64,000 nucleotides of DNA, taken from the NCBI GenBank assembly GCA_964410915.1, contig CAYPIU010000001.1, positions 84,917 to 148,916 of the forward strand, read 5' to 3'. This document shows, one piece after another, positions 50,083-59,784 of the stretch. The stretch is from an uncultured Synergistales bacterium. Lineage in GTDB: Bacteria > Synergistota > Synergistia > Synergistales > JAFGMB01. The notes under the pieces are model-generated. The model saw nothing but the letters and a program-made list of their open reading frames with translations. It had not been told where the DNA came from and searched no databases. The position numbers and the translations under genes were made by a program. Each line of letters begins with the position of its first letter. Position 1 is the first letter of the stretch.

Positions 50083-50363
50083 TGTATGTTACTTATCCTT
50101 CCAGTTCTTTAGTTTCATAATGTAACATATTCAGGTTCCTCAAGATGAAAGTAGTAGATCTCCTGATTGTTTGTGGTCAGTAATGTTTTATAAAACCCTT
50201 ATAAATTTAAAAATTCCGCAATTCCAAAAAACTAATAAATGATACTTGTAAAAATCATAAACTAAGTATATCCTATTTTAGAAATACAATTAGTTTGAAG
50301 ATCAATCTTAATAACGAGTGTTTATCAAGTGTTAAAAAATTCGATTTTACTGGAGGGGGCTAA

Positions 50364-50585
50364 ATGGCTAAAAAGTTCACAGTTGTAGTGAACAGTAGTT
50401 GGTGTAAAGGTTGTAACCTGTGTGTCCAGATCTGTCCCAAAAAAGTTCTGGAATTAAATGAAAGATTAAGTGCTTTCCCAGCGCGTGAAAATGATTGTAT
50501 AGGTTGCAGGCAATGTGAAAATATCTGTCCCGATCTGGCAATATCAGTCAGGGAAAAGAAGGAGGAGGGATCAAAAGATGCTTAA
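50364..50585 (+). CDS. korD: 2-oxoacid:ferredoxin oxidoreductase delta subunit (2x[4Fe-4S] ferredoxin)
   Basis: Two CxxCxxCxxxCP motifs (CKGCNLCVQICP; CIGCRQCENICP). Confidence 0.8.
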   Translation: MAKKFTVVVNSSWCKGCNLCVQICPKKVLELNERLSAFPARENDCIGCRQCENICPDLAISVREKKEEGSKDA

Positions 50586-51711
50586 GACTGCCTTCTGGCA
50601 AGGAAACCAGGCTATAGCTGAAGGAGCAATTGCTGCTGGTTGCAGATTTTTTGCCGGATATCCAATAACCCCCTCTACTGACATAATGGAAGAAATGTCC
50701 AGAAGACTGCCTACTTTAGAAGGCAGATTCATCCAGATGGAGGACGAGATCGCTGGTATCGCAGCTGCAATTGGTGGATCCATGGCAGGGTATAAGTCTA
50801 TGACTGCTTCTTCAGGACCGGGTATTTCTCTCAAACAGGAAAATCTGGGTCTTGCCTATATGGCAGAGTTGCCTATTGTAGTAGTTGATGTAATGAGAGG
50901 CGGTCCATCTACCGGAGTACCAACAAAGGTCAGTCAGATGGATGTTATGCAGGCAAGATGGGGTTCTCACGGGGATCATGGAACTATAGCCTATTCTCCC
51001 TCATCGGTTCAGGAATGTTTTGAAATAGCGATAAAAGCCTTTAACGCCGCAGAGAGATATCGTCAGCCAGTATTGATATTAAGTGATGAAGTTCTTGGGC
51101 ACATGAGAGAAAAGGTATTTATTCCGCCGGAGGGATCATATTCCATAGTTGACAGGAAAAAACCGTCAACTACTGTTGAAAACTTTGTTCCTTATCAGGC
51201 TGACCCGGAGGATGATATTCCACCTATGGCATCATTTGGAGATGGCTATAGATGGCATATAACAGGTCTTGCACATAATGATTTTGGTTTTCCTTCTGCA
51301 AAGGAAGAGGATGTCGAGAAGAATATTTCAAGACTGGTAAGAAAGATCGATAGATTCAGAGATGACATTGTAGAATATGAAACTTATGAAGTTGAAGATG
51401 CTGATACCATAGTTCTTTCATATGGCAGTGTTTCAAGATCAAGTCTGAGGGCTGTCAAAGATGCCCGTCAAAGGGGACTTAAAGTAGGCCATTTCAGACC
51501 AGTTACCCTATGGCCTTTCCCAGACAAGGAGATATATCAGTTAGCCAAAAAAGTTAAAACGATAATAGTACCTGAGCTTAATTGCGGCCAGATGGTACTT
51601 GAGGTTGACAGAGCTGTGCATGGGAAAGCAAAGGTAGTACCCAGGAATCTTGTAAATGGCGAACTATTCAAACCGGATGAGATTTTCCGCGCTATCCAGG
51701 AGGTGGTCTGA
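50578..51711 (+). CDS. korA: 2-oxoglutarate/2-oxoacid:ferredoxin oxidoreductase alpha subunit
   Basis: GNQAIAEGAIAAGCRFFAGYPITPST N-terminus. ATG 50578 overlaps the korD stop (ATGCTTAA). Confidence 0.85.
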   Translation: MLKTAFWQGNQAIAEGAIAAGCRFFAGYPITPSTDIMEEMSRRLPTLEGRFIQMEDEIAGIAAAIGGSMAGYKSMTASSGPGISLKQENLGLAYMAELPIVVVDVMRGGPSTGVPTKVSQMDVMQARWGSHGDHGTIAYSPSSVQECFEIAIKAFNAAERYRQPVLILSDEVLGHMREKVFIPPEGSYSIVDRKKPSTTVENFVPYQADPEDDIPPMASFGDGYRWHITGLAHNDFGFPSAKEEDVEKNISRLVRKIDRFRDDIVEYETYEVEDADTIVLSYGSVSRSSLRAVKDARQRGLKVGHFRPVTLWPFPDKEIYQLAKKVKTIIVPELNCGQMVLEVDRAVHGKAKVVPRNLVNGELFKPDEIFRAIQEVV

Positions 51712-51713
51712 TC

Positions 51714-52532
51714 ATGCCCAGACCAGAAGTAATCAATTGGTTAAGAACCCAGTTTTTCCCGCAGATGTGGTGCCCTGGTTGTGGCCACGGAATAATTCTT
51801 CATGCTCTCCTCAGATCATTGGTTGATCTTGGGAAAAGCCCGGATCAAACTGTAATAGCTTCGGGAATAGGATGTTCAAGCAGGATGCCAGGTTACATTA
51901 ATGCATGCACAGTACATTCAACTCACGGAAGATCACTGGCCTTTGCGACCGGTATCAAGCTTTCCCGGCCCGAACTTACGGTCCTTGATGTAATGGGTGA
52001 CGGCGATTGTTCTGCAATCGGAGGTAACCACTTTATCCACGCCTGCAGACGCAATATAGATATAACAGCAATTGTAATGAATAATAACATTTATGGAATG
52101 ACCGGCGGTCAGGCTTCTCCGACGACTCCGGGTGGTGCTAAAGCAACTACGGCTCCTTACGGAGTTATGGATCCATCATTTGATATCTGCAGACTAGCAG
52201 AAGGCGCTGGTGCAACTTTTATTGCCAGAACAACCATAGCTAATCCGGTTCAGTGTGAGAAGTTTATCCAGGATGGTATTGAACATAAGGGTTTTTCTGT
52301 TATTGAAATTGTTTCAAGTTGTCATACTCAGTTTGGGAGAAGAAACTCATGTCGAACTCCTATCGAAAATATCAAAAGACTTAAGGATGCAAGTATCCCG
52401 GCAAATAAAACAAAAGATATGTCTCCAGATGAGCTTGCTGACAAGATCGTTATTGGCGAATTTGTCAATAAAAAGGCTCCTGAATATACTGAACAATACC
52501 TCTCTCTTATTGACAGGGTAAAGGGGGACTGA
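51714..52532 (+). CDS. korB: 2-oxoglutarate/2-oxoacid:ferredoxin oxidoreductase beta subunit (TPP-binding)
   Basis: WCPGCGHG and the TPP motif GDGDCSAIGGNH...NNNIYGMTGGQ. Confidence 0.85.
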   Translation: MPRPEVINWLRTQFFPQMWCPGCGHGIILHALLRSLVDLGKSPDQTVIASGIGCSSRMPGYINACTVHSTHGRSLAFATGIKLSRPELTVLDVMGDGDCSAIGGNHFIHACRRNIDITAIVMNNNIYGMTGGQASPTTPGGAKATTAPYGVMDPSFDICRLAEGAGATFIARTTIANPVQCEKFIQDGIEHKGFSVIEIVSSCHTQFGRRNSCRTPIENIKRLKDASIPANKTKDMSPDELADKIVIGEFVNKKAPEYTEQYLSLIDRVKGD

Positions 52533-52534
52533 TC

Positions 52535-53095
52535 ATGAAGAATAGATATGAGATCCGTTTCGCGGGTTCAGGAGGGCAGGGCAATATCCTTGCTGCTTAC
52601 GTCACTGCTCAGGCAGCGGCAATATATGCTGAAGGGCTTTATGTTGCCCAGACACAGTCTTATGGAGCTGAGGCGAGAGGTGGAAAATCTCAGGCTCAGG
52701 TAATTATTTCAAAAGATGAGATCGACTATCCTAAAGTTATAGCTCCCAATCTCCAGATCATTCTGACTCAACAGGCTTGTGAGTATGTTGGTGATACTTT
52801 GCCTGGAGGAAGAGTTTTATGTGATGACTACTATGTACAGACTCTTCCAAGAATAGATTCAAATCTTTACTATCTTCCCATTGTCAGAACAGCACGAGAA
52901 AAACTCGGAAGAGAAATAGTTACAAATATGGTTGCTCTCGGGTGTGTAGCGAGGGTTTTTGAACTTGACGAAGTTATAGATCCGGCAGCTGTAAAAAAAG
53001 CTATACTTGATACGGTTCCTAAAGGAACTGAAGATTTGAACTCCAGAGCCTTTGAAGAAGGGTATAAACTGTTTAAAGAAAGTATACATCTATAA
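52535..53095 (+). CDS. korC: 2-oxoglutarate/2-oxoacid:ferredoxin oxidoreductase gamma subunit
   Basis: IRFAGSGGQG ... SYGAEARGG pattern. Last gene of the kor cluster. Confidence 0.85.
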   Translation: MKNRYEIRFAGSGGQGNILAAYVTAQAAAIYAEGLYVAQTQSYGAEARGGKSQAQVIISKDEIDYPKVIAPNLQIILTQQACEYVGDTLPGGRVLCDDYYVQTLPRIDSNLYYLPIVRTAREKLGREIVTNMVALGCVARVFELDEVIDPAAVKKAILDTVPKGTEDLNSRAFEEGYKLFKESIHL

Positions 53096-53124
53096 ATCAT
53101 CCATATAAAACTATACGTTTACAT

Positions 53125-53164
53125 AATGAAGGGGGACGCAGGATATTTCGCGTCCCCCTTCATT
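53125..53164 (+). terminator. strong hairpin after korC
   Basis: AATGAAGGGGGACGC - 10-nt loop - GCGTCCCCCTTCATT: a perfect 15-bp stem with a weak T-tract. Confidence 0.6.
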
Positions 53165-53215
53165 ATTGATATAATCAAGTTCTTGAATTAATCCGGTATC
53201 AGAACAGGTGGAAAA

Positions 53216-54583
53216 ATGATGAAAAATACTAATTCAAAGCCAGTTATTATAAATGGGATAAACAGCAGAGGGGAAGGGATCTCACGTCTTGAGGATGGTC
53301 GGGTGATCTTTATTCCAGGGGCAATCCCAGGGGAGCAGGTATTTGTAAATATCTGTTTCAGCAAAAAACAATATGCAGTTGGCAACATAGAACAAATAGT
53401 GAAACCACATCCGAAAAGGGTATCACCGCACTGCCAATGGTTTGGGAAATGCGGCGGCTGTCAGATGCAGCATTGCAGTTATGATCTGCAGCTTGAGTTG
53501 AAACAACAAATAGTTGAAGATGCATTTTCAAGGATCGGGCATGTTATGCCCGTTGATCCTATACTAAAATGTGTACCAAGTCCTAAGCAGTGGGGATACA
53601 GGAATAAAGCATCATTTCCTGTAAGACATTCAGAAAAACAGATTCGATCTGGATTCTTTCGAAAAGGATCTCATGATCTTATCCCCATAGATGGATGTCC
53701 AGTTCTTGAACCTGAACTTGCACTTATCTATAGTCAAATAACAAATTTATTAAATAACCTGAAACTTCCGGGATACAATGAGAAAAATCATTCTGGTCTG
53801 CTAAGACATATAATATTGAGGACTGGTTCTTTTTCTAAAGAAACATTTATATGCCTTGTTCTGAAAAGACAACCTGACAGTTTTCAGATGGAGCAAATAC
53901 AGAAAATGTCCAAAATATTGAAGAGTCGACACAAAAATATAAAGGGGTTTATTGTCAATATAAATTCGAGCAGAACCAATACCATTATAGGGGATAGAAG
54001 TATCACTATTCATGGAAAAGGTCATTTATGCGAGTATCTTGAGAATAGACAATTTCAATATGAAGGTACATCTTTTTTCCAGGTGAATTCTTACCAGGCT
54101 TCGAATATTTTCAGATATGCAGTCAATGAGATATCGAACCGAATTCATAACAATGTTCTCGAACTTTACAGTGGAGTAGGAGCTCTTACAGTTTTTCTTG
54201 CTGAGCTGGCTGAAAAAATAACAACTGTAGAGGACTGGAAATCTTCTATTGAAAGCATGAGGCAGAATCTTGTTCTTAATGGTATTAACAATGTTACCAT
54301 ACATGCAGCGAAGGCTGAAATGCTGCTTGATAAACTGGGCGAAGAAACTTTCGATACAGTGGTTATGGACCCTCCAAGAGCTGGCTGTAAAAAAGAGGTT
54401 ATTGAGTATATCTGCAGACAGAATATCCGAAGCATTGTTTATATATCCTGTAATCCAGCTACTCTTTCCAGGGATATTTCCATGTTTTCAGAATGTGGTT
54501 ACAGATTTATCAAAGCCCGACTATTTGACATGTTTCCGCAGACCAGTCACGTTGAGACTGTTGCTATTCTTGAAAAATTGTAA
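53216..54583 (+). CDS. rlmD: 23S rRNA (uracil-C5)-methyltransferase, RlmD/RumA family
   Basis: TRAM-like N-terminus, Fe-S Cys motif CQWFGKCGGCQMQH, SAM motif ELYSGVGAL, and DPPRAG. Confidence 0.8.
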   Translation: MMKNTNSKPVIINGINSRGEGISRLEDGRVIFIPGAIPGEQVFVNICFSKKQYAVGNIEQIVKPHPKRVSPHCQWFGKCGGCQMQHCSYDLQLELKQQIVEDAFSRIGHVMPVDPILKCVPSPKQWGYRNKASFPVRHSEKQIRSGFFRKGSHDLIPIDGCPVLEPELALIYSQITNLLNNLKLPGYNEKNHSGLLRHIILRTGSFSKETFICLVLKRQPDSFQMEQIQKMSKILKSRHKNIKGFIVNINSSRTNTIIGDRSITIHGKGHLCEYLENRQFQYEGTSFFQVNSYQASNIFRYAVNEISNRIHNNVLELYSGVGALTVFLAELAEKITTVEDWKSSIESMRQNLVLNGINNVTIHAAKAEMLLDKLGEETFDTVVMDPPRAGCKKEVIEYICRQNIRSIVYISCNPATLSRDISMFSECGYRFIKARLFDMFPQTSHVETVAILEKL

Positions 54584-54612
54584 AAATGTAAATGGTAATT
54601 CAATAAGGGTTC

Positions 54613-54641
54613 TTGCAAAAACAGTAACAGATATATATAAT
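54613..54641 (+). promoter_or_regulatory. sigma-70 promoter of tRNA-Gly
   Basis: TTGCAA - 17 nt - TATAAT. The tRNA starts 13 nt downstream. Confidence 0.55.
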
Positions 54642-54653
54642 TACCGGGCAGAA

Positions 54654-54729
54654 GCGGACATAGCTCAGCTGGTAGAGCATTAGCTTCCCAAGCTAAGGGT
54701 CGCGGGTTCGAATCCCGTTGTCCGCTCCA
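54654..54729 (+). tRNA. tRNA-Gly (anticodon CCC)
   Basis: Acceptor GCGGACA/TGTCCGC, anticodon arm TTAGC-TTCCCAA-GCTAA, T-loop GGTTCGAATCC, encoded CCA. Confidence 0.9.
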
Positions 54730-54829
54730 ATATATATTAAACCTTCCTCACAGATGAATGAACATTCGAAAGATTCACCAATATCGTATTTTTCAAATTA
54801 GGTCAACATTAGTGATTATCAGGCTTTGT

Positions 54830-54858
54830 TTGACACCTAAAATCCTGAGTATTAGAAT
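54830..54858 (+). promoter_or_regulatory. candidate promoter of the V-type ATPase operon
   Basis: TTGACA - 17 nt - TAGAAT, about 75 nt upstream of the first ATG. Confidence 0.5.
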
Positions 54859-54934
54859 AATTCAGGTTTTTGCTCTAACGCCAGAGAACCACAATAGAAA
54901 GATTTGTATCCCAGGCAGGGAAGGAGGTGCGCAG

Positions 54935-55261
54935 ATGGCTACAAATCTTGCAGAAGAAATTAAGGAAGTTGAAGCGGAATCAAAGCAAATTGTTTCTCAA
55001 GCAAAAAGCGAAGCAGTAAAGATTGTTTCCGACTCAAAGAATGAGTCAGAACGACGAGTTAAGGAAGCAAAACAGGAAGCTTATCGTAATTACCGGAACC
55101 AGGTTACAAAGGTAGAAGAACAGGCAGAAGAGAAAGCACAGAAAGTTGTGTCCGACGGACAGGCTGAGGCCAAATCCCTGGAGAAAAAACATAAGGATAA
55201 ATTAAAGTCTGTTGGTGCCTGGATTGCGGAAGAGGTGATGGCTAAGTATGGGCGTAGCTAA
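54935..55261 (+). CDS. V-type ATPase small peripheral-stalk subunit (G/H-like coiled coil)
   Basis: 108 aa, E/K/A-rich helical protein. ATG 54935 follows GGAAGGAGGTG. First gene of the ntp-like operon. Confidence 0.6.
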   Translation: MATNLAEEIKEVEAESKQIVSQAKSEAVKIVSDSKNESERRVKEAKQEAYRNYRNQVTKVEEQAEEKAQKVVSDGQAEAKSLEKKHKDKLKSVGAWIAEEVMAKYGRS

Positions 55262-57257
55262 AATTAACAAGCTTGAACTGTATGTCCACAACTCTGTCGT
55301 GGATTCAGTAGTTGCTTCTTTACAGGAAACAGGAGGCTGCGAGATCATTTCCCGTGAAGAAGATAATGGATCTGAAGATTATTCTTCAGGCAGACTTCAG
55401 GAGCTTGATTCCTTTCTTAGTGAGGCCCGTTTCATACTTCGTTTCCTGGAGCCTTACTACCAGGATCCGATAAGCCCAGTTTCCAGAGCTTTTGGCGAAA
55501 AACCCTCAATGTCGATCAAAGATCTTTCATCTCTATCCAAAACAACAGATGCAATTTCCGTATCTGAAGATATGAGGAAACTTGAAAGAAGACTGGTCGA
55601 AATACGTTCGGAATTATCCCAGATATCTGGATTTCAAGAAATGCTCAGTAAACTGCAGACCCTTGAATATCCATTGGAATTCCTTTCTCATGGAACAGAA
55701 AAAACAAAAGGAATATTTGGGACAATCCCGGTAAACCAACTGGATAACTGGCAAAATGAAGTACAGGATACTTTAGGGGCAGATGCAGAAAGTTTCATTG
55801 TTCCTGTTGGAGAAAAAGACAAAGAAGCCTGGGCAGGTTTGTTCTATTTTGTGGGAACAGAAGCAAGGGCTTTGGAAATATGTTCCAGAAATGGTATGTC
55901 AAGGATAGATATACCTGCAGAGTTAACAGGTAAAGTTCCGGATGAAGTTGCCAGACTGAAGAAAAAAACAGTCTCCCTTCACAAAGAGGAAAAAAGAATC
56001 AATATTAATGCTTCAAAAGCAGCTGCAGATTGGGTCCCTGTTTTCAGGGCTCTTAGTGATTACTGGTCTCTTCTTCGCTCAAGAGAAGAAGTATTCGAGA
56101 GTGGAGAATTTACGGATCAGGTAGTTGTTTTAAGGGCCTGGGTACCAGATGATTATCTTGATACTGTTTATAATAATCTTTCTGAGTATGACTCGCTTAC
56201 GGAAGTCATAAAAAGTCAGCCCATGCCTGATGAAGAACCACCGACATTAATGCAGAATTCGAATTGGGTATTCCCTTTCGAATCGCTGACCAAACTTTAT
56301 GGACCTCCCAAGTACGGAGATATTGACCCGACACCTCTTTTAGCACCATTCTTTTTCATCTTTTTTGGTATGTGCCTTGGAGATGGAGGATACGGGATAT
56401 TAACTCTTGGGTTTTTCCTGTATTTTGTTCGTAAATACAAAAAAATGCCTTCAGGAATGAAACAATTCTTCCTGTTGTTCGTTTTTTCGGGATTTGCGTC
56501 AATAATTGTTGGAGCACTTACGGGAAGCTGGTTTGGTAATATGATCGATGCTTTCCCATTCCTTCATTACTTACAGCCGCTTAAAAATATGCCGATAGTC
56601 CTTGATCCTATGAATGATCCAATGACATTTCTTGGAATTTCTCTTGCCTTTGGTGTTGTACAGATCGTTTTTGGACTTTGTGTGGCTCTTTACGGAAGCT
56701 TGAGGGACGGAGATTATATTGCTGCTTTTGGTGATCATGGAGGATGGCTTGTCTTCCTGGTCGGTCTGATGCTCCTTGGAGGTTCAGTGAGTGGAAAACT
56801 TTCACCTTCTTTCCTGACAGTCGGGAAAGTTCTGGGTATAACTGGTGCCCTGATCCTTATTTTTACACAGGGTCGTGAAAAAGAAAGTCTTGTTCAGAAA
56901 GCACTCTCAGGAGTGCTGAGTCTTTACAATGTTACAGCCTATCTCGGTGATGTATTAAGTTATAGCAGGTTGCTTGCACTTGGTCTTGCGACTTCTGCTA
57001 TTGCAATGATCATTAATATGTTATCCGGATTAGCTACAGGAATTCCTTACATTGGTTGGGTAATTGCTATAGTGCTCTGTTTCGGAGGGCATCTTTTCAG
57101 TGTTGCAGTCAATGTACTTGGGGCCTTTGTTCACTCTCTAAGACTTCAGTATGTGGAATTCTTCAGCAAGTTCTACAGCGGCGGCGGTAAACATTTTGAA
57201 CCGCTTGCCTATAATACAAGATTCATCGATGTTTCAGAAAATGTCAAAAATGTTTAA
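55248..57257 (+). CDS. ntpI: V-type ATPase subunit I (membrane a-subunit)
   Basis: 669 aa with a soluble N-terminal half and a polytopic C-terminal half carrying the conserved Arg region (SYSRLLALGLA). Confidence 0.85.
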   Translation: MGVAKINKLELYVHNSVVDSVVASLQETGGCEIISREEDNGSEDYSSGRLQELDSFLSEARFILRFLEPYYQDPISPVSRAFGEKPSMSIKDLSSLSKTTDAISVSEDMRKLERRLVEIRSELSQISGFQEMLSKLQTLEYPLEFLSHGTEKTKGIFGTIPVNQLDNWQNEVQDTLGADAESFIVPVGEKDKEAWAGLFYFVGTEARALEICSRNGMSRIDIPAELTGKVPDEVARLKKKTVSLHKEEKRININASKAAADWVPVFRALSDYWSLLRSREEVFESGEFTDQVVVLRAWVPDDYLDTVYNNLSEYDSLTEVIKSQPMPDEEPPTLMQNSNWVFPFESLTKLYGPPKYGDIDPTPLLAPFFFIFFGMCLGDGGYGILTLGFFLYFVRKYKKMPSGMKQFFLLFVFSGFASIIVGALTGSWFGNMIDAFPFLHYLQPLKNMPIVLDPMNDPMTFLGISLAFGVVQIVFGLCVALYGSLRDGDYIAAFGDHGGWLVFLVGLMLLGGSVSGKLSPSFLTVGKVLGITGALILIFTQGREKESLVQKALSGVLSLYNVTAYLGDVLSYSRLLALGLATSAIAMIINMLSGLATGIPYIGWVIAIVLCFGGHLFSVAVNVLGAFVHSLRLQYVEFFSKFYSGGGKHFEPLAYNTRFIDVSENVKNV

Positions 57258-57313
57258 TGTTGGCTATTAATCAAAAATCATAGTTTACTTAATTGAGGGG
57301 AGTGTTTAACAAT

Positions 57314-57793
57314 ATGGATCTTCTCGGAATTATGTTGGCAGTGCTCGGTGCAGCATTAGCAGCGGGACTGGCAGGTTCGGGATCTGCTATTGGAATAGGT
57401 GTTGCAGGTGAGTCAGGCGCAGGGGTAATGACAGAAGACCCGGGTAAATTTGGACTCGTACTTCTTCTTCAGGCTCTTCCTGGAACTCAGGGTATTTATG
57501 GATTGCTCATTGCTTTTTTTGCAATTCTGAAAGTAGGACTGCTCGGCGGCGGTGGAGCTCTGGAAGTTAGTGTGTGGCAGGGACTTGGAGTATTTTTTGC
57601 CTGTCTTCCTATTGCTATTGCTGGTTATTTCTCAGGTATAGCGCAGGGGAAAACTTCTGCTGCCTGTATTCAGATGATAGCAAAACGTCCAGAAGAAACC
57701 GGTAAAGCCGTTATTCTTCCTGCAATGGTTGAGACATATGCAGTTTTTGCTCTTCTAATGAGTATTATTCTGCTTAACGGTATCCAGATCTAA
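57314..57793 (+). CDS. ntpK: V-type ATPase proteolipid subunit K (four-helix, 16-kDa type)
   Basis: 159 aa, a duplicated hairpin. Contains LPGTQGIYG, GIAQGK and MVETYA motifs. Confidence 0.9.
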   Translation: MDLLGIMLAVLGAALAAGLAGSGSAIGIGVAGESGAGVMTEDPGKFGLVLLLQALPGTQGIYGLLIAFFAILKVGLLGGGGALEVSVWQGLGVFFACLPIAIAGYFSGIAQGKTSAACIQMIAKRPEETGKAVILPAMVETYAVFALLMSIILLNGIQI

Positions 57794-57814
57794 ATCCTTT
57801 GAGGTGAACAAATA

Positions 57815-58396
57815 ATGTCTTTGGCGGATATAAAGAACAAGATACAGGCTGATGCGCAAACAGAAGCCGATGAAATTATCGACAAGGCCAAAGCACAGGC
57901 GGATAAAATTGAAAATGCAACAGATGCCCAGATAAAGGAAATTCAGGATAATTACACAACAAGATTCAAAAAAGAAAAACCTGAGATCCTGAACAGGCGA
58001 GAAATAGTCGCTAAGCTGGATGTTGATAAACTCAAGCTTGGAGCGAAGCAGTCCTTGATAAAGGATGCTTTCGATGAAGCTTTACAGGGGCTATCTTCAT
58101 TGTCTAAGGATAAATATCTGGGGTTCGTCGAAGCTTTGCTCGATAAGGCAGTTGAAACCGGCAAAGAGGAAGTGCTTGTCGGTAAATCGGAGAAAAAGAT
58201 CACGAAAACATGGCTCGATTCATATAACCAGAAGCATGATTATAATCTGGTTTTGTCAAGTGAAAAACTTCCAGTATCAGGTGGTTTTGTGCTTAAAAAT
58301 GGCAATATCGAGACAAACTGCTCGTTTGATATGCTTGTGAGCTGGGTTCGTGAAGATATCGAGGCAGGCGTTGTGAAACGGCTGTTCTCAGCCTAG
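57815..58396 (+). CDS. ntpE: V-type ATPase subunit E
   Basis: 193 aa with an N-terminal long helix (A/E/K/Q-rich) and a globular C-terminus. Operon position after K. Confidence 0.8.
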   Translation: MSLADIKNKIQADAQTEADEIIDKAKAQADKIENATDAQIKEIQDNYTTRFKKEKPEILNRREIVAKLDVDKLKLGAKQSLIKDAFDEALQGLSSLSKDKYLGFVEALLDKAVETGKEEVLVGKSEKKITKTWLDSYNQKHDYNLVLSSEKLPVSGGFVLKNGNIETNCSFDMLVSWVREDIEAGVVKRLFSA

Positions 58397-58412
58397 TGGA
58401 GGAGGTGGCAGC

Positions 58413-59423
58413 ATGGTCCCGTCAGAGCGTTATGGTTATACAGTTGCGCGACTGCGGGCGATGGAGAATCGACTCCTGGATGATAGCGTGCTGCAGAGGT
58501 TACTAGATTCAGAAGACCTTGACAGCGCTATGAAAGTTCTGGGGGAGACTCCATACTCATCATGGCTGGTAGAGCTCAAATCTAACACTGAGTTTGACAG
58601 GGTAATAGAATCTGAACTGGACTATGTTTACAGAGAACTTGACAAATTTGTTCCGGATCAGGATCTTATACAGCTCTTCAGATTGCCATATGACTTCCAC
58701 AACGTTAAGGTTCTTCTCAAGAGTCAGATACTTCAGAAACAAGGTGGAGAAAGGCGTTTTGATCTATTAACAAATCTTGGCAGCATAAATACCGATGATC
58801 TTATTCTTGCTGTGGAAAGTGAAGATTACCGCCTTTTGCCTTATGGATTACATTCTGAATTACCGAAAGCTTTGATGCAGTGGGATCAGAACCATGATCT
58901 GCTCGCTATTGAGAAATCTCTTGACAGTCTTCTCTTCAGTCAGCTGAAATTGATTTCAGAAAAGACTGGAGTAGATGCTGTGCAAAAATGGTTAAAGGGC
59001 AAGATCGATGCAGAAAACTTGCGCAATGTCTTTCGTCTTAAAAGAATGGATCTTGACGTTTCTGAAATATCCACCTTTCTTCACGAGGGTGGCTGGGTCT
59101 CCATCGATCGACTTCTATCGCTTCTTGGAGAACCTGTTGAAAGTTGGGGAAGAGTCCTCTCTTTCGCTGATGTAGGCGGAACTTTACACCATGTTCAGGA
59201 TATTTCCGACATGAGTGCTTTGATAGTAAAGGCAGAAAAGGTTCTTGACGAATACACAGGAAGTACCCTGTCCAAATCGATCTATGGAGCTTTTTCTCCT
59301 GAAAGTGTTCTTTACTTTCTGTGGAAGAAAGAAATGGAAAGCAAGAATCTGCGAATAATTCTGGTCGCGCTTGCTAATAATACAAACAGGGATTCAGTCA
59401 GGGGGTTATTGCGAAATGGCTAA
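58413..59423 (+). CDS. ntpC: V-type ATPase subunit C (d-type)
   Basis: 336 aa with a YGYTVARLRAMENRLL N-terminus typical of subunit C/d. Confidence 0.8.
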   Translation: MVPSERYGYTVARLRAMENRLLDDSVLQRLLDSEDLDSAMKVLGETPYSSWLVELKSNTEFDRVIESELDYVYRELDKFVPDQDLIQLFRLPYDFHNVKVLLKSQILQKQGGERRFDLLTNLGSINTDDLILAVESEDYRLLPYGLHSELPKALMQWDQNHDLLAIEKSLDSLLFSQLKLISEKTGVDAVQKWLKGKIDAENLRNVFRLKRMDLDVSEISTFLHEGGWVSIDRLLSLLGEPVESWGRVLSFADVGGTLHHVQDISDMSALIVKAEKVLDEYTGSTLSKSIYGAFSPESVLYFLWKKEMESKNLRIILVALANNTNRDSVRGLLRNG

Positions 59424-59757
59424 AAAAGAACAGTCTCAGCCAATGGCAGCGATAGGTGAATATGAAACAGTTCTGCCATTTCAGGCTGTTGGAGTCAAAC
59501 CTATGGTCCTGACCGAAGATAATCGTGCTGACTTTCCCTCAATATTACGCAGACTGGCAAATGAAAAATATGCCGTTGTTTTTATCCAGGAGCAGTTATA
59601 TCTGGATTTTAAAGAAAATGTTGACGAAATTAATGAAGAATATGCATTAAGTATTCTTCCCATACCAGGATTTACGGGTTCTATGGGAACAGGAGTAGAA
59701 TCCATAAGGAACAGCGTTGAAAGAGCTGTTGGTATGGATATCTTTTCAGTGAAATAA
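59416..59757 (+). CDS. ntpG: V-type ATPase subunit F
   Basis: ~113 aa with (A)AIGEYETVLPFQAVGV, typical of subunit F. The ATG overlaps the subunit C stop (ATGGCTAA). Confidence 0.75.
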   Translation: MAKKEQSQPMAAIGEYETVLPFQAVGVKPMVLTEDNRADFPSILRRLANEKYAVVFIQEQLYLDFKENVDEINEEYALSILPIPGFTGSMGTGVESIRNSVERAVGMDIFSVK

Positions 59758-59784
59758 TGAATTCTGAGCTGGAGGCGATAAGCT

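Noticed and set aside
50086-50128. Inverted repeat ATGTTAC ... GTAACAT just after tsaB.
   Set aside because: The arms are 7-8 bp with a 29-nt spacer in AT-rich DNA. At most it is a weak terminator, and it is not distinctive enough to report as a regulatory element.
54758-54934. A 59-codon N-terminal extension of the first V-ATPase ORF, running across the tRNA-Gly downstream region and the candidate promoter.
   Set aside because: The extension is Ile/Arg-rich nonsense and contains the TTGACA-17-TAGAAT promoter. A strong SD (GGAAGGAGGTG) precedes ATG 54935.
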